Assembly: GCA_026991395.1 (NCBI GenBank)
Contig: JALXBP010000117.1
Coordinates: forward strand, 29,458-93,457
DNA: 64,000 nt
Direction of reading: 5' to 3'
From: Anaerolineae bacterium
Lineage (GTDB): Bacteria > Chloroflexota > Anaerolineae > B4-G1 > SLSP01
The notes beneath the pieces were generated by a model. That model was not told the origin of the DNA, ran no database searches, and saw nothing but the letters and a program-made list of their open reading frames with translations. A program made the position numbers and the translations under genes. Numbering within the stretch: position 1 is the first letter of the stretch; every line of letters begins with the position of its first letter. Below are positions 50,986 through 61,535 of this stretch, piece after piece.

Positions 50986-53900
50986 ATGAAGATTCATCTG
51001 CTACATTTCCTGCTTTTCGCACCCTCGGAGCAACTGTCCGAACAGGTTGTGCGCGGGTTGCACAACCGCTTCCCCAACCTCAGCCTCACCCTCCGCAAGG
51101 AGCCGGACGCCTTCCTGGAGACACTGGGTTCCAGACGGTGGGATATGGTCTTCCTCCTCCCTCCGCTGGAAGACGACTTTCTGCAGCGACTGGCGGAGCA
51201 TCTCCGCACCGACGGGATGACTTTCCCCATCGTGCGCCTGCTCCCTCAGCCGCCCGACGGCGAGAAGGCTCGTCCTCTCCTCCCACCCCGCCTCATCACC
51301 GTCGCGACACAGCGCATCGATCGCTTCCTCGACGCCTTGAACAAGGTGGCCTTCGACGGCGAGGCTCAGCAACCGCCCTCCCACCTCCACGAGCTACTCG
51401 ATTTCATCGATGACGGTCTCTTCGTCCTCGACGTCTTCGGCACGCTGATCTACACCAACACGGCCTTTGCCGCTCTGAGCGACAAACAACCCGGCGACAT
51501 TTTAGGCCACAACTTCGCCGAACTCACGCCGCCCGAACTGCTGGAGCGCGCCCGTGTAACCTTCGAGCACGTGCTCAGCGGGCGGCGGATATGGTCTCAC
51601 GTCAAAGTGGATACTCCCCGCCGCCGCATCATCCATATGGAGCTTTTCCCCATTCGGCGGGGGGATGAGGTCGTCGCCGTCGGGGGGATGATGCGCGACG
51701 TTACCGCCCAGGAAGAGGCAAAGCTGCGCGAGCGACGTTACCGCCATCGCCGCGAGACCCAGTACATCGCGCTGACCTCACTCGGCACGCGCCCGGAGCT
51801 GGCCGAAGGGCGATGGGAAGCCTCTCTCGGCCTCTTGCTCGACGTCGCCGTACAATCGCTCGGCGTCGAAGGCGGCGAGTTCTGGCGTCTGCTCGAGATC
51901 GACGCCGAAACCGCCCTCTTCCGATGCGAGGCCACCGTCGGCGCGAGCGAGCAGAAAGGAGCGCTGCTCCGTTTGCCACGCGAGCAACACCTGTGGTCCC
52001 GTCTCCGGCGCGGCCAGGTGATCGTGATGGAGGGGGACGAGGCCGACCAAGCCCGTCTGGAAGCCAATGCGATACGCCTGTCTCGCCATCGCGCGGTGCT
52101 CATCGCCCCAATGCTCCTTCGCAACAAGCTCATCGGCTTCGCCATCTATTTCCAAGGCACGCCGCGCCGCTGGTTCGCCGACGAAGTCGCCTTCGTCGAA
52201 CGGCTGATGGCCTACTTCTCCCAGGCCCACCTCACCCGCGAACTTCGGCAGCGCAACGCACTCCTGGATGCCATCGCCCATCTCAGCCGCGAGGTCATAC
52301 GCGGCAAAGACCTCGACGAGACGCTGAGCATCATCGCGCGCTCCGTCCACCGCCTGACGGAGGCCGAGACGGTCATCGTCTATGCAAGCGACGCCGCCCG
52401 GCGGCCGCATTTCGTCCACATCGGCGCGGCTTCTATGCTGGGCACAGGCGAGGATAACGACACCATCCAAGCGAGGCTCGTCCATTCCTGCAACGACGAG
52501 TGTCGCCGATGCAAGCCGTGGGCCATAGCCAACCTGGCGGAGGCGGAGGACAAAGTCATCGCCCGCTGGTTCCGGGACAACGGATGGCAAGCGCTGCTCG
52601 TTACGCCGATCTGCGTCGAGGGCACAGCCATCGGCTACATCCTTTCGGCCTATCACCATCCCCACCACTTCGACGAGGACGAGCAGCAGACGCTGACCGC
52701 CGTCGCCGATCAATGCGGTTACGCCATCGACCGCATCCGCATCCTGGAAGCGGAGCGCAGGCAGCGCCGCTGGATGGAGGGATTGTACATCGCCGGACGG
52801 CAGTTGGAATCGGCACGGGAGACGGCGCAGATTCTCCAGAGCATCCAGGACACAGCCGCCCTGCTCGACTTCAACCTGGCAGGCTTGATGGAAACGCACC
52901 GCGAGACGGGTGAGCGCACCATTACCCTCAATCTGACTTACCGAACCGAAGAAGGGTGGCATCACCTCTGCTGTCCCCACAACTTGAATGCCGCCGCTAT
53001 GCTGGAGAGCATCCGCCAAGCCAAACCCGCGCTGGGCCGCTTTCGTCTCCTTCATCTGCCCGCGGGGCACCACCTTCTCGGTGTCGATTTGGCATCTTCG
53101 GACACCGCCGATATCTTCATCGCCGAGGTCCACCGCTGGGAAGGGAACCCGACCTACCTGCTGCTGGGCGGCGGGCCGGTAGCAAGACCGGCGGAGATCG
53201 GCGAAGACGAAGCGCGTTTCGCCGACATGCTGGCCGACCTCGTCGGCACGGCCTGCGAACGCATCCACTTCTTTGCCTCGCTGCAAGCCGAGCGCGATCG
53301 ACTGGGGGTCCTGCACCGCCTCAGCCAGCACCTGCTCGAATCGCTCGATCCGCGGGAGGTAGCCGGGCAAGCTCTGGAGGAATTGTGTGCCTCTACCGGC
53401 GCTTCGCAAGGGCTCGTCCACCTGGCCCAAATGCGCCGGGCTTACGGCGAACTGCTGGCCGTCCACAACTTCCCGGAGGAAGCGGTGCAGCGTCTCAAGG
53501 CTTTCCTCCGGCAGGACGACGGCCGAGGGCTGACACGCTGGGTTATGCGCACACGCAAATCGGTCATCCTCGACGAAGTTCAGAAAGACGAACGCTGGGT
53601 AACCATCGAAGGCGTCGATGAGGGGGTCAACTCGCTGATCAGCGTTCCGCTGCTCGGCAAAGGGCAGGTTCTCGGCACACTCAACCTCTACAGTGAAGAG
53701 CCGCACTTCTTCGATCAGGCCCATCTCCGATTGGTGGAATCGACGGCCTCGACGATCGCCATCGCGCTCTACAACGCGCATCTTTTCCACCAGGAGCAGG
53801 AGCGGCGTCGTTTTGCGGAGGCCCTGGAGGAGGCCGTTGCCATCGTCAACAGCGACCTGGAGTTCGACGAGATACTGAGCCGCATCCTCGAGCAGGTGGA

Positions 53901-55425
53901 GCGGGTCATCGGCGGCGACACGTCCAACATCATGCTCCTGCAAAAGCAGGAAGTGCGCATCGTCCGCTGGCGGGGGTACGAAAAGTTCCTCGGCCAGGTC
54001 GAGGTGCCCATCAAACCCTTTCCCCTCCGCCGCTATCCATCCCTGCTCACGATGAAAGAAGAAGGCCATTCCGTCTGTATTCCCGACACCCGCCACGATC
54101 CAAGATGGGTCATCGGCAAAGGGGACCGGTGGCGGCGTTCGTACATCGGTGCCCCCATCCGCATCGCCGGGGTAACCGTGGGCTTCATCAACGTCAACAG
54201 CACTCGCCCCAACGACTTCACCGAGGCCCACGCCAGGCGGCTGGAGGCATTCGCCGAGCATGCCGCCATCGCCATCCGCAACGCGCGGCTCTATCGAGCA
54301 CTGCAGCAATACGCAGGCCAGTTGGAGCGGCGCGTCGAGGAACGCACCGCCGAGCTTCTGGCACAGTATGCGCGGCTCAACGCCGTGCTCAACAGCACGA
54401 CCAACGGCATCATCGTTACGGATGCCAAGGGTACGATCATCCAATCCAACCCCGTCGCCACCCGCTGGCTGACCCAGCATTTCCCACCCGACAAGGCTCG
54501 CCTTCTGCGCGACAAAATCCGGGAGGTGGCTACGGAGGCCAAGCGGCGACCGGAGACCATCGTCGAGATCGACCAGGTCGCCTTGCACCTGCGGGCCAGC
54601 CCGGTGCATGGCACAGAGGATACCCCCGACGCGCGGCACGTCGTCATCGCCATCGACGATGTCTCGCAGCTTCGCGCACTCGACCGACTGAAATCCCGCT
54701 TCATCTCCAATATCTCCCACGAACTCCGCACCCCGCTGACCTCGATCAAGCTCTACGCACAACTCCTCCGCCGCAAGTGGGCGCAACAGGCAGAGGAGCA
54801 GGAGAAGGAAGAACTGACCCACTATCTGGACGCGCTGGAGCGCGAGGTCGCCCATCAGGAAGCCTTGATCGAGGAGGTCCTGAACTTCTCCCGCCTGGAT
54901 GCCGGTGAGGCCCGGCTTGCCCTGCAGCGGGTCGATCTTGCCCAAATGATGCACACCATCTGTGACGAGATGCAAGTCATGGCCTCGGCGCGCAACCTGA
55001 CGCTCACCTGCGAGGGACGAGGGCCCCTGTGGTGCGAACTCGACGTTCCCAAGATCGAGCGCGTCATCCGCAATCTCCTCGTCAACGCCATCCGCTATAC
55101 CGACGGGGGCGGTCGTGTCTCCGTTACCGTCCACCCCTGCTTCTTCGCCAACGGAGAGGAAGCCGCCTGTCTCCGCGTCTCCGACACGGGAATCGGCATT
55201 CCCCAAATCGAAGCCAAGCACATCTTCGAGCGTTTCTATCGCGGCGAGGAGGCACAACGCCGCCAGATTCCCGGCACAGGGCTTGGCCTGGCCATCGTCA
55301 AAGAACTCGTCCAACTGCACCGCGGCCTCATCACCGTCCACAGCGAGGTCGGCAAAGGCACCACCTTCACCGTCCGGCTACCGCTCCGGCAGACCGAACT
55401 GCACACCGGTAAGGAGAACTACTGA
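50986..55425 (+). CDS. large multidomain sensor histidine kinase (degenerate REC-like N-domain, PAS, multiple GAF, PAS, HisKA, HATPase)
   Basis: About 1480 aa; start either 50962 or 50986 (MKIHLLHFLL). H-box RFISNISHELRTPLTSI; N, G1 and G2 boxes (LLVNAIRYTDGGG, SDTGIGI, GTGLGLAIV); several GAF-like segments. Confidence 0.85.
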   Translation: MKIHLLHFLLFAPSEQLSEQVVRGLHNRFPNLSLTLRKEPDAFLETLGSRRWDMVFLLPPLEDDFLQRLAEHLRTDGMTFPIVRLLPQPPDGEKARPLLPPRLITVATQRIDRFLDALNKVAFDGEAQQPPSHLHELLDFIDDGLFVLDVFGTLIYTNTAFAALSDKQPGDILGHNFAELTPPELLERARVTFEHVLSGRRIWSHVKVDTPRRRIIHMELFPIRRGDEVVAVGGMMRDVTAQEEAKLRERRYRHRRETQYIALTSLGTRPELAEGRWEASLGLLLDVAVQSLGVEGGEFWRLLEIDAETALFRCEATVGASEQKGALLRLPREQHLWSRLRRGQVIVMEGDEADQARLEANAIRLSRHRAVLIAPMLLRNKLIGFAIYFQGTPRRWFADEVAFVERLMAYFSQAHLTRELRQRNALLDAIAHLSREVIRGKDLDETLSIIARSVHRLTEAETVIVYASDAARRPHFVHIGAASMLGTGEDNDTIQARLVHSCNDECRRCKPWAIANLAEAEDKVIARWFRDNGWQALLVTPICVEGTAIGYILSAYHHPHHFDEDEQQTLTAVADQCGYAIDRIRILEAERRQRRWMEGLYIAGRQLESARETAQILQSIQDTAALLDFNLAGLMETHRETGERTITLNLTYRTEEGWHHLCCPHNLNAAAMLESIRQAKPALGRFRLLHLPAGHHLLGVDLASSDTADIFIAEVHRWEGNPTYLLLGGGPVARPAEIGEDEARFADMLADLVGTACERIHFFASLQAERDRLGVLHRLSQHLLESLDPREVAGQALEELCASTGASQGLVHLAQMRRAYGELLAVHNFPEEAVQRLKAFLRQDDGRGLTRWVMRTRKSVILDEVQKDERWVTIEGVDEGVNSLISVPLLGKGQVLGTLNLYSEEPHFFDQAHLRLVESTASTIAIALYNAHLFHQEQERRRFAEALEEAVAIVNSDLEFDEILSRILEQVERVIGGDTSNIMLLQKQEVRIVRWRGYEKFLGQVEVPIKPFPLRRYPSLLTMKEEGHSVCIPDTRHDPRWVIGKGDRWRRSYIGAPIRIAGVTVGFINVNSTRPNDFTEAHARRLEAFAEHAAIAIRNARLYRALQQYAGQLERRVEERTAELLAQYARLNAVLNSTTNGIIVTDAKGTIIQSNPVATRWLTQHFPPDKARLLRDKIREVATEAKRRPETIVEIDQVALHLRASPVHGTEDTPDARHVVIAIDDVSQLRALDRLKSRFISNISHELRTPLTSIKLYAQLLRRKWAQQAEEQEKEELTHYLDALEREVAHQEALIEEVLNFSRLDAGEARLALQRVDLAQMMHTICDEMQVMASARNLTLTCEGRGPLWCELDVPKIERVIRNLLVNAIRYTDGGGRVSVTVHPCFFANGEEAACLRVSDTGIGIPQIEAKHIFERFYRGEEAQRRQIPGTGLGLAIVKELVQLHRGLITVHSEVGKGTTFTVRLPLRQTELHTGKENY

Positions 55426-56537
55426 TGAATGAAGGCAGAAAAGTCATTCTCATCGTCGAGGACAACGTAGCCATTCTCCAGGGGTTGGCAGAACTGCTGA
55501 CGGATGCCGGCTACGAAACGCTCACCGCGACCAACGGCTACGAAGCGCTGGCCAGGATGCAAGAAACAGCACCGGCCATCATCATCTCCGACATCATGAT
55601 GCCGGAGATGGACGGCTACGACCTCTACCGCAAGGTACGGGAGAGGAACGAGTGGGTGGATATCCCCTTCATCTTCCTCACTGCCAAGACCGAAGAAGAG
55701 GATATCATCAAGGGCATCTCGATGGGTGTGGAGGACTACATCACCAAGCCCTTCGATATGGGCGTCCTCCTTGCCCGCATCCAGGCCCGCATCAAGCGAG
55801 CGGAGGAACTGCAGGAAGCGGCCAAGCAGCGTCAGGACGCCATCCGGCAGGAGATCATCAACGTCCTCAGCCACGAACTGCGCACTCCTTTGACCTACAT
55901 CGTCGGCTACACCGATCTGGCGCTGGAGGAGCTGAAATCCCTCAACCCCGAGGAATTCGAGGATTTCCTCCAGGGGATCAAGCACGGCTCGGAGCGGCTC
56001 CGCCGCCTGGTGGAAGAACTGCTCCTCGTCGTCAAACTGGAAAGCGGGCAGTTGGCCCAACGCTACCGACAGGACGCCTATCGCTACGAGGAACTGGCCA
56101 ACCTCATCCTGCACATCGTGCGGTCGCAGCGCCACGAGCATGCCAATTCGCAAGTGGCGATTATGGCCGAAATTCCACCGGCATTACCGCCCGTCATCCT
56201 GGAAGAGACGCTCTTCGCCGACGCGCTGAATCGCCTCATCGACAATGCCTTCAAATTCTCCCCGCCCGGCAAGACGATCTACATCAAAGCGGAGGCCGAC
56301 GCGCGAGAAATCCGCATCGCCGTGCGAGACGAAGGCATCGGCATCGCCCGGAGCGAATTATCGCAGCTCTTCCGGCGCTTCGGGCAGATCAACCGTCAGC
56401 AACACGAACAGCAGGGAGCCGGTATGGGACTCTACATCGCCTACGCCATCATTCAGATGATGGGAGGAACGATTACCGTCACGAGCCAGGTCGGCAAGGG
56501 GAGTACCTTCACCATCCACTTGCCCGTGGCCCGATAA
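55425..56537 (+). CDS. hybrid response regulator/histidine kinase (REC-HisKA-HATPase)
   Basis: 370 aa; REC with phospho-acceptor Asp (ILIVEDN ... IISDIMMP ... FIFLTAK), H-box INVLSHELRTPLTYI, ATPase boxes; start overlaps the upstream kinase stop. Confidence 0.85.
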   Translation: MNEGRKVILIVEDNVAILQGLAELLTDAGYETLTATNGYEALARMQETAPAIIISDIMMPEMDGYDLYRKVRERNEWVDIPFIFLTAKTEEEDIIKGISMGVEDYITKPFDMGVLLARIQARIKRAEELQEAAKQRQDAIRQEIINVLSHELRTPLTYIVGYTDLALEELKSLNPEEFEDFLQGIKHGSERLRRLVEELLLVVKLESGQLAQRYRQDAYRYEELANLILHIVRSQRHEHANSQVAIMAEIPPALPPVILEETLFADALNRLIDNAFKFSPPGKTIYIKAEADAREIRIAVRDEGIGIARSELSQLFRRFGQINRQQHEQQGAGMGLYIAYAIIQMMGGTITVTSQVGKGSTFTIHLPVAR

Positions 56538-56558
56538 TTTCTTTCGCAAAGGGGGATT

Positions 56559-58052
56559 ATGAGCGACGAAGCAGCCAAGCCCAGGGAACAAACCTCGATC
56601 TGGAGCGCCGTGCTCTCCTTCTTCCTGCCGGGTGCCGGGCAATACCTTCGCGGCTGGCGAAGCTGGGGAACGACGCTCCTCACTGCTTTCATCGTGGCGA
56701 TCGCGCTCTTCGTATGGCGCATTCATCTGCTGGCCCACCTGGAAAAGCGGATCGGCGACACGGTGCGCAAGGCGTTCCACCTCGCCCCCTTCTTCGTCGG
56801 GCTGACGGCGGCGGGGCTTCTGCTCTTCTGGCTGTGGAACATCCGCAACGCCTGGGACGGGAAGGGCAAGCGCGTGCTGATCGCGCTGATGGTCCTCATC
56901 TACATTACGCTGGGATGGCAGATCAGCCAGATCGACCTCTACAAGCTGGCGACCGAACTGGGGGATGCGTGGCCGCCGCTGTCGCGGATCGTCTGGCCCT
57001 GGCCGGCGGCGATCGAGCGCGATATGGACACGCTCACCGCCTCGGCGGAGATTCTCGTCCCCTGCGGAAGCGGCCCGACGCCCCCGCCGCCCGTCGAGGA
57101 AGCCGGACAACCTTATCTCCGCGCCGATCCCACCTGCGGCACCCTCTCCTCCCTGGATGAGGAGAACCAGATCGTCCCCGGCACGACGCTGCACCTGACG
57201 GGACGCAACTTCTCGCCCAACACGAAGACCGAGATCTGGTGGAGCGACCCCATTGGCAACGAATTCCGCGTCCGCCAGGAGGGCGAGTACGTCTCCCTGA
57301 TGACCGACGCGGAGGGCAGCTTCCAGATCGACATCGTGATGCCCTACCGCCTCATCCCCCCTTCGGCAGAAGGGCTGCAAATCCACAAGGTCATCGCGCG
57401 ACAGGAAGCCCCGATCGGCAGACCGCACCCGAGCGAGGCCCTGCTCATCAGCATCGAGAAGATGATCGAGACGATCTTCCTGGGGATGATGGCCACCGCC
57501 TTCGGCATCCTCTTCGCCGTGCCCATCAGCTTCCTCGCGGCGAAGAATATGATGAGCGGTTCGCCGCTGACGCTCGCCATCTACTACGTCGTGCGCACCA
57601 TCCTGAATATCGTGCGCTCCATCGAGCCGATGATCTGGGCCATCCTCGCCGTCGTCGTCGTGGGACTGGGGCCCTTCGCCGGTCTGATCGCGCTGGTCCT
57701 CCACACGATCGCCGCGTTAGGCAAGCTCTACTCGGAGGCGGTGGAAAGCATCGATCCCGGCCCCATCGAGGCTATCCAGGCGACCGGCGCGACGAAGCTC
57801 CAGACGATTATGTACGCCGTCATCCCGCAGGTCATCCCGCCCTTCGTCTCCTTCTCCATCTATCGCTGGGACATCAACGTGCGTATGTCCACCATCATCG
57901 GCATGGTCGGCGGCGGCGGCATCGGCTTCCTCCTCACCCAGTACATCCGCCTGATGGACTACCGCTCGGCGGGGATCGCCGTCTGGTTCATCACCATCAC
58001 CGTGGCCACGCTGGATTTCATCAGCTCGAAGATTCGGGAGCGCTTCGTCTGA
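56559..58052 (+). CDS. PhnE-like phosphonate/phosphite-type ABC permease with about 290-aa N-terminal extension (3 TM helices plus extracytoplasmic Ig-like domain)
   Basis: C-terminal 210 aa carries PhnE permease motifs (ETIFLGMMATAFGILFAVPISFLAAKN; IEAIQATGATKLQTIMYAVIPQVIPPF). N-terminal part has TM helices and a TGP-rich extracellular segment (QIVPGTTLHLTGRNFSPNTKTEIWW). No phnC/phnD in the window. Confidence 0.7.
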   Translation: MSDEAAKPREQTSIWSAVLSFFLPGAGQYLRGWRSWGTTLLTAFIVAIALFVWRIHLLAHLEKRIGDTVRKAFHLAPFFVGLTAAGLLLFWLWNIRNAWDGKGKRVLIALMVLIYITLGWQISQIDLYKLATELGDAWPPLSRIVWPWPAAIERDMDTLTASAEILVPCGSGPTPPPPVEEAGQPYLRADPTCGTLSSLDEENQIVPGTTLHLTGRNFSPNTKTEIWWSDPIGNEFRVRQEGEYVSLMTDAEGSFQIDIVMPYRLIPPSAEGLQIHKVIARQEAPIGRPHPSEALLISIEKMIETIFLGMMATAFGILFAVPISFLAAKNMMSGSPLTLAIYYVVRTILNIVRSIEPMIWAILAVVVVGLGPFAGLIALVLHTIAALGKLYSEAVESIDPGPIEAIQATGATKLQTIMYAVIPQVIPPFVSFSIYRWDINVRMSTIIGMVGGGGIGFLLTQYIRLMDYRSAGIAVWFITITVATLDFISSKIRERFV

Positions 58053-59251
58053 TGGGAGCGCGGCTCTTCCTGCGTGCCGGACGCGAACGCTCGGTGGAGC
58101 GCGGCCATCCCTGGCTCTTCTCGCGGGCCATCGCCCGCGTGGAAGGCTCACCGCAGGCGGGGGAGGTCGTCGCCGTGTATGCCGCCGATGGCCGCTTCCT
58201 CGCCTGGGGCGACTACAGCCCGGCCTCCCAGATTCGCGTCCGCCTGATCACGCGCCGCGACACGCCGCCCGACGCCGACTTCTGGCGCGGACGGCTCCGC
58301 CGCGCCATCGCAGCACGCGCCCGTCTGCCCCTCGCCGGGCCGACCGATGCGCTGCGGCTCGTCAACGCCGAATCGGACGGGCTGCCCGGCCTGGTCGTCG
58401 ATCGCTACGGGGAGGTCATCGTCCTCCAGGTGCTGACAGCGGGAATGGAGGCGCGGCGCACCTCGCTGGTCGCCTGGCTCGTGGAACTGCTCGCACCGCG
58501 GACGCTCTACGAGCGAAGCGACGCGGAGGTTCGGCGCAAAGAGGGGCTGCCCTTGCGCAAGGGGCTCCTGCACGGGGAGGCCCCGCCCATCCCGCTCGAG
58601 GTGCGCGAAAACGGCCTGCGCTTCCTCGTCGATGTCGTGAACGGGCACAAGAGCGGCTTCTACCTCGACCAGCGGGAAAACCGCGAGCGCTTGCGGCGAT
58701 GGGTGGCCGCCGCGGGCGGCGGGACGCTGCTCAACGTCTTTGCCTACACGGGCGGCTTCTCGCTCTACGCCTTGGCGGGCGGGGCCAACGCCATCACCGA
58801 TGTGGACAGTTCCGCGGAGGCACTGGCGCTGGGCGAACGCATCCGACAGCTCAACGGCTTCGGCGCGGCGGAGGCCCGCACCATCCACGAGGATGCCTTC
58901 ACGAGCCTGCGCCGCCTGCGCCGCGAGGGAGCACGCTTCGATTTCGTCGTCCTCGATCCCCCAAAATTCGCCTTCACACGCCGGGACGTCCAGAAGGCCG
59001 CCCGCGGTTACAAGGACATCAACCTGCAGGCATTCCATCTGTTGCGCGACGGCGGTTTCCTCCTGACCTTCTCCTGTTCCGGGGCGATCGATGCTGCCCT
59101 CTTCCGCAAGATCGTCTTCGGTGCCGCACTGGATGCAGGACGGGAGGTGCAGGTCGTGGGCACGATGCGCCAGGGGGCCGACCACCCCGTCGCGCTAACT
59201 TTCCCCGAGGGTGAATACCTCAAGGGATTGATCTGTCGGGTTGTAGCCTGA
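58052..59251 (+). CDS. 23S rRNA m5C methyltransferase RlmI-like (PUA plus SAM-dependent MTase)
   Basis: Start ATG 58052 (TGATG overlap). RLVNAESDGLPGLVVDRYGEVIVLQ, GGFSLYALAGGANAITDVDSS, FDFVVLDPPKFA. Upstream part of track ORF 57239..59251 is shadow. Confidence 0.8.
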   Translation: MGARLFLRAGRERSVERGHPWLFSRAIARVEGSPQAGEVVAVYAADGRFLAWGDYSPASQIRVRLITRRDTPPDADFWRGRLRRAIAARARLPLAGPTDALRLVNAESDGLPGLVVDRYGEVIVLQVLTAGMEARRTSLVAWLVELLAPRTLYERSDAEVRRKEGLPLRKGLLHGEAPPIPLEVRENGLRFLVDVVNGHKSGFYLDQRENRERLRRWVAAAGGGTLLNVFAYTGGFSLYALAGGANAITDVDSSAEALALGERIRQLNGFGAAEARTIHEDAFTSLRRLRREGARFDFVVLDPPKFAFTRRDVQKAARGYKDINLQAFHLLRDGGFLLTFSCSGAIDAALFRKIVFGAALDAGREVQVVGTMRQGADHPVALTFPEGEYLKGLICRVVA

Positions 59252-59264
59252 TGCGGAGGGTACG

Positions 59265-61535
59265 ATGAAACGCAAAAACCTTGCTCTGTGGCTGGCCTTG
59301 GTGCTCCTCCTTCTGACGACGGGGGGAGCCGTGATGCAGACGGACGAAGGGCCGAAGATGACGCTCGCCCTCGCCTGGGATGGACAGGCGCGGATGCCCG
59401 GCTGGGTCGAACTGCACCTGCTCCTCGACAACGAGGGAAGCGACTGGAGCGGCGAGGTGCTCATCGAGGACAAGGGGCGGAAGATCGACTACCGCATACC
59501 CGTCGCACTGCCCGCCCACTCGCACAAAAGCTATCGCATCCCCGTCTTCGCACCGGCGAGCGGCCTGCTCCCCGTAACGCTGCGCAGCGGGGATGCCGTC
59601 CTCGAGCAAGAGCAACTTTCCATCCACACCGTCGCGGCAGACGAACGCTTCTGCGTGGTCGCAGACCCCTTGCAAGCGCCCGCCTTGCCCGCCTGCGATC
59701 AGCAGTTCGTCGTGCAGGACGTAACGACGCTGCCGGAAGAGCCCGCCGTCTGGGAGGCGATCGACCTGCTGCTTCTGCACGACGTCCCCGCCACCGAGAT
59801 GACGGAGGCACAATGGCAGGCGTTAGGCATCTGGGTTTCCAACGGCGGCCACCTCGTTTTGATGGAAGGAGTCGGCGCGGAGGCGATGCTGGCCGGCCTG
59901 CCCGCAGCGCTGCAGCCGGTCCGTCGGCAAGGCGGGCGCTTCGTGCCACAGGCCGGGAGTCGGCAACTCACCTTCGACGGTCTTGACGGGCCGGTCTACC
60001 GCCGCTCCTGGGGACAGGGCACCGTGGACTGGGTGGAGGAGACCTCGCCATCGATGCTCGCGCCTCTCTGGGCAGACGATCCTTATCCCGCCACCGGCTT
60101 CATGCTCGCGGCAGGCTACCCTGCCTGGGAAGGCCGAAAGCAGACACTTTCCGACGCCTTCCCGTCGGCACAGGCCCTCTTCAACACGCCGACGGCGGCA
60201 CTCCCCACCTACACCGTTATGCCCCTGCTCGTCCTCGTCTATATCATCTTCCTCATCCTCGTCCCCTATCTCGTCAGCCGCCGCTTGCGCCGCCCGATGC
60301 TCGCCTGGCTCCTCATGCCTGCCATCATCCTGATGGCGCTCATTCTCCTTGCCTGCTGGCTGAGCGGATTCGCCTCCGGCAGCTTCCCCATCACGCATAC
60401 GCTGGAGATCGTCTGGGTGCCGGAGCAGGGGGAAATGGCCCGGCTCATTGGCGGCGGGGCGACCTTCGCCCCGCGATCGCGGCACCTCCGCTGGCACGTT
60501 CCGGGCGCAGCACGCCCAGGGCGCGGCGCTTTCGACAACGCCGCCTCGGCCTGGATGGCAGAGGGAGACCCCTTCGAACAGGAGATAACCATCGACGCGG
60601 ATGGCGCGACCTACGAGGTCAGGAAGGTGCCGTCGGGCATCATCACCTGGGGATGGGAGACGATGGTCGAAGCACCGGCGATGACCTTCGAAGCCCGGAT
60701 CGATCAGGAAGGGGTCCATCTCACGATGGCGAGCGAGGCATCTCTGCAAGCCGCGATGCTCTACATCGACGATGGCTTCGTCCTTCCCCTCGAGCAGGCC
60801 CAACTTTCACCGCAGAAACTCGCGTGGACCTATGCGATGACGGACGTTCTCCCCACGGCCAACTACTACGAGGATGATACGGCATGCGGCACATCGCTGT
60901 TCTCCCTGAACCAGGCTCCAGGGCCATGGAGCGCCGTCCCGCCGGAAGAAAAGCCAAAGCCTGGAACTCCACAGCGCACGGCTCCGCCGACCTGTTACCT
61001 CATCGCCGAGGGCGAGGGGGAAAGCGACATCTTCGAACTGCGAGGGCAGATCGCCGGGGAGCGCTGCTACGTCTACCGTGTCCCCTGTCCCGCCCTCCAG
61101 GCGGGCACCTTCATCTCCCTCCCCCAAGGCTCGCTCGTCATCGAAGATGGCGCAGCGTGGATCAGCGAGGACTCGGAGATCGTCCTCAACGATTCGACGG
61201 TCGCCTTCTCCTTCATCATTCCGGGCTATCTCCACACGCGGCCTGTCCGCGCCCTCGAGTTTGCACTTCGCCCCGGTACCGCCCCTCCAATGCCGCCGAC
61301 GGCGATGACGCCCACCGCCACCGGGCCGGTATGGTCATCGATCGATGCCGTGAGCATCTGGAACTGGGAAAGCGGGCAATGGGAGCCCCTTCCCAAGCCG
61401 ACGGGGACGGCCATTCTCATCGATCCGGCCACACCTTACGTCTCGGCGGAGGGGAAGGTAACCTTCCGGCTGGAAGGCGTCCACCAACCGTGGGTCGTCG
61501 CTTCGCTGGCCGTTCGAGTGGGGGAGGAGCCGTGA
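59265..61535 (+). CDS. hypothetical membrane-anchored protein (signal peptide, large N-terminal ectodomain, central TM cluster, C-terminal domain)
   Basis: 756 aa; MKRKNLALWLALVLLLLTTGGAVMQ signal; TM cluster about residues 325-380; no recognisable catalytic motif. Confidence 0.6.
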   Translation: MKRKNLALWLALVLLLLTTGGAVMQTDEGPKMTLALAWDGQARMPGWVELHLLLDNEGSDWSGEVLIEDKGRKIDYRIPVALPAHSHKSYRIPVFAPASGLLPVTLRSGDAVLEQEQLSIHTVAADERFCVVADPLQAPALPACDQQFVVQDVTTLPEEPAVWEAIDLLLLHDVPATEMTEAQWQALGIWVSNGGHLVLMEGVGAEAMLAGLPAALQPVRRQGGRFVPQAGSRQLTFDGLDGPVYRRSWGQGTVDWVEETSPSMLAPLWADDPYPATGFMLAAGYPAWEGRKQTLSDAFPSAQALFNTPTAALPTYTVMPLLVLVYIIFLILVPYLVSRRLRRPMLAWLLMPAIILMALILLACWLSGFASGSFPITHTLEIVWVPEQGEMARLIGGGATFAPRSRHLRWHVPGAARPGRGAFDNAASAWMAEGDPFEQEITIDADGATYEVRKVPSGIITWGWETMVEAPAMTFEARIDQEGVHLTMASEASLQAAMLYIDDGFVLPLEQAQLSPQKLAWTYAMTDVLPTANYYEDDTACGTSLFSLNQAPGPWSAVPPEEKPKPGTPQRTAPPTCYLIAEGEGESDIFELRGQIAGERCYVYRVPCPALQAGTFISLPQGSLVIEDGAAWISEDSEIVLNDSTVAFSFIIPGYLHTRPVRALEFALRPGTAPPMPPTAMTPTATGPVWSSIDAVSIWNWESGQWEPLPKPTGTAILIDPATPYVSAEGKVTFRLEGVHQPWVVASLAVRVGEEP

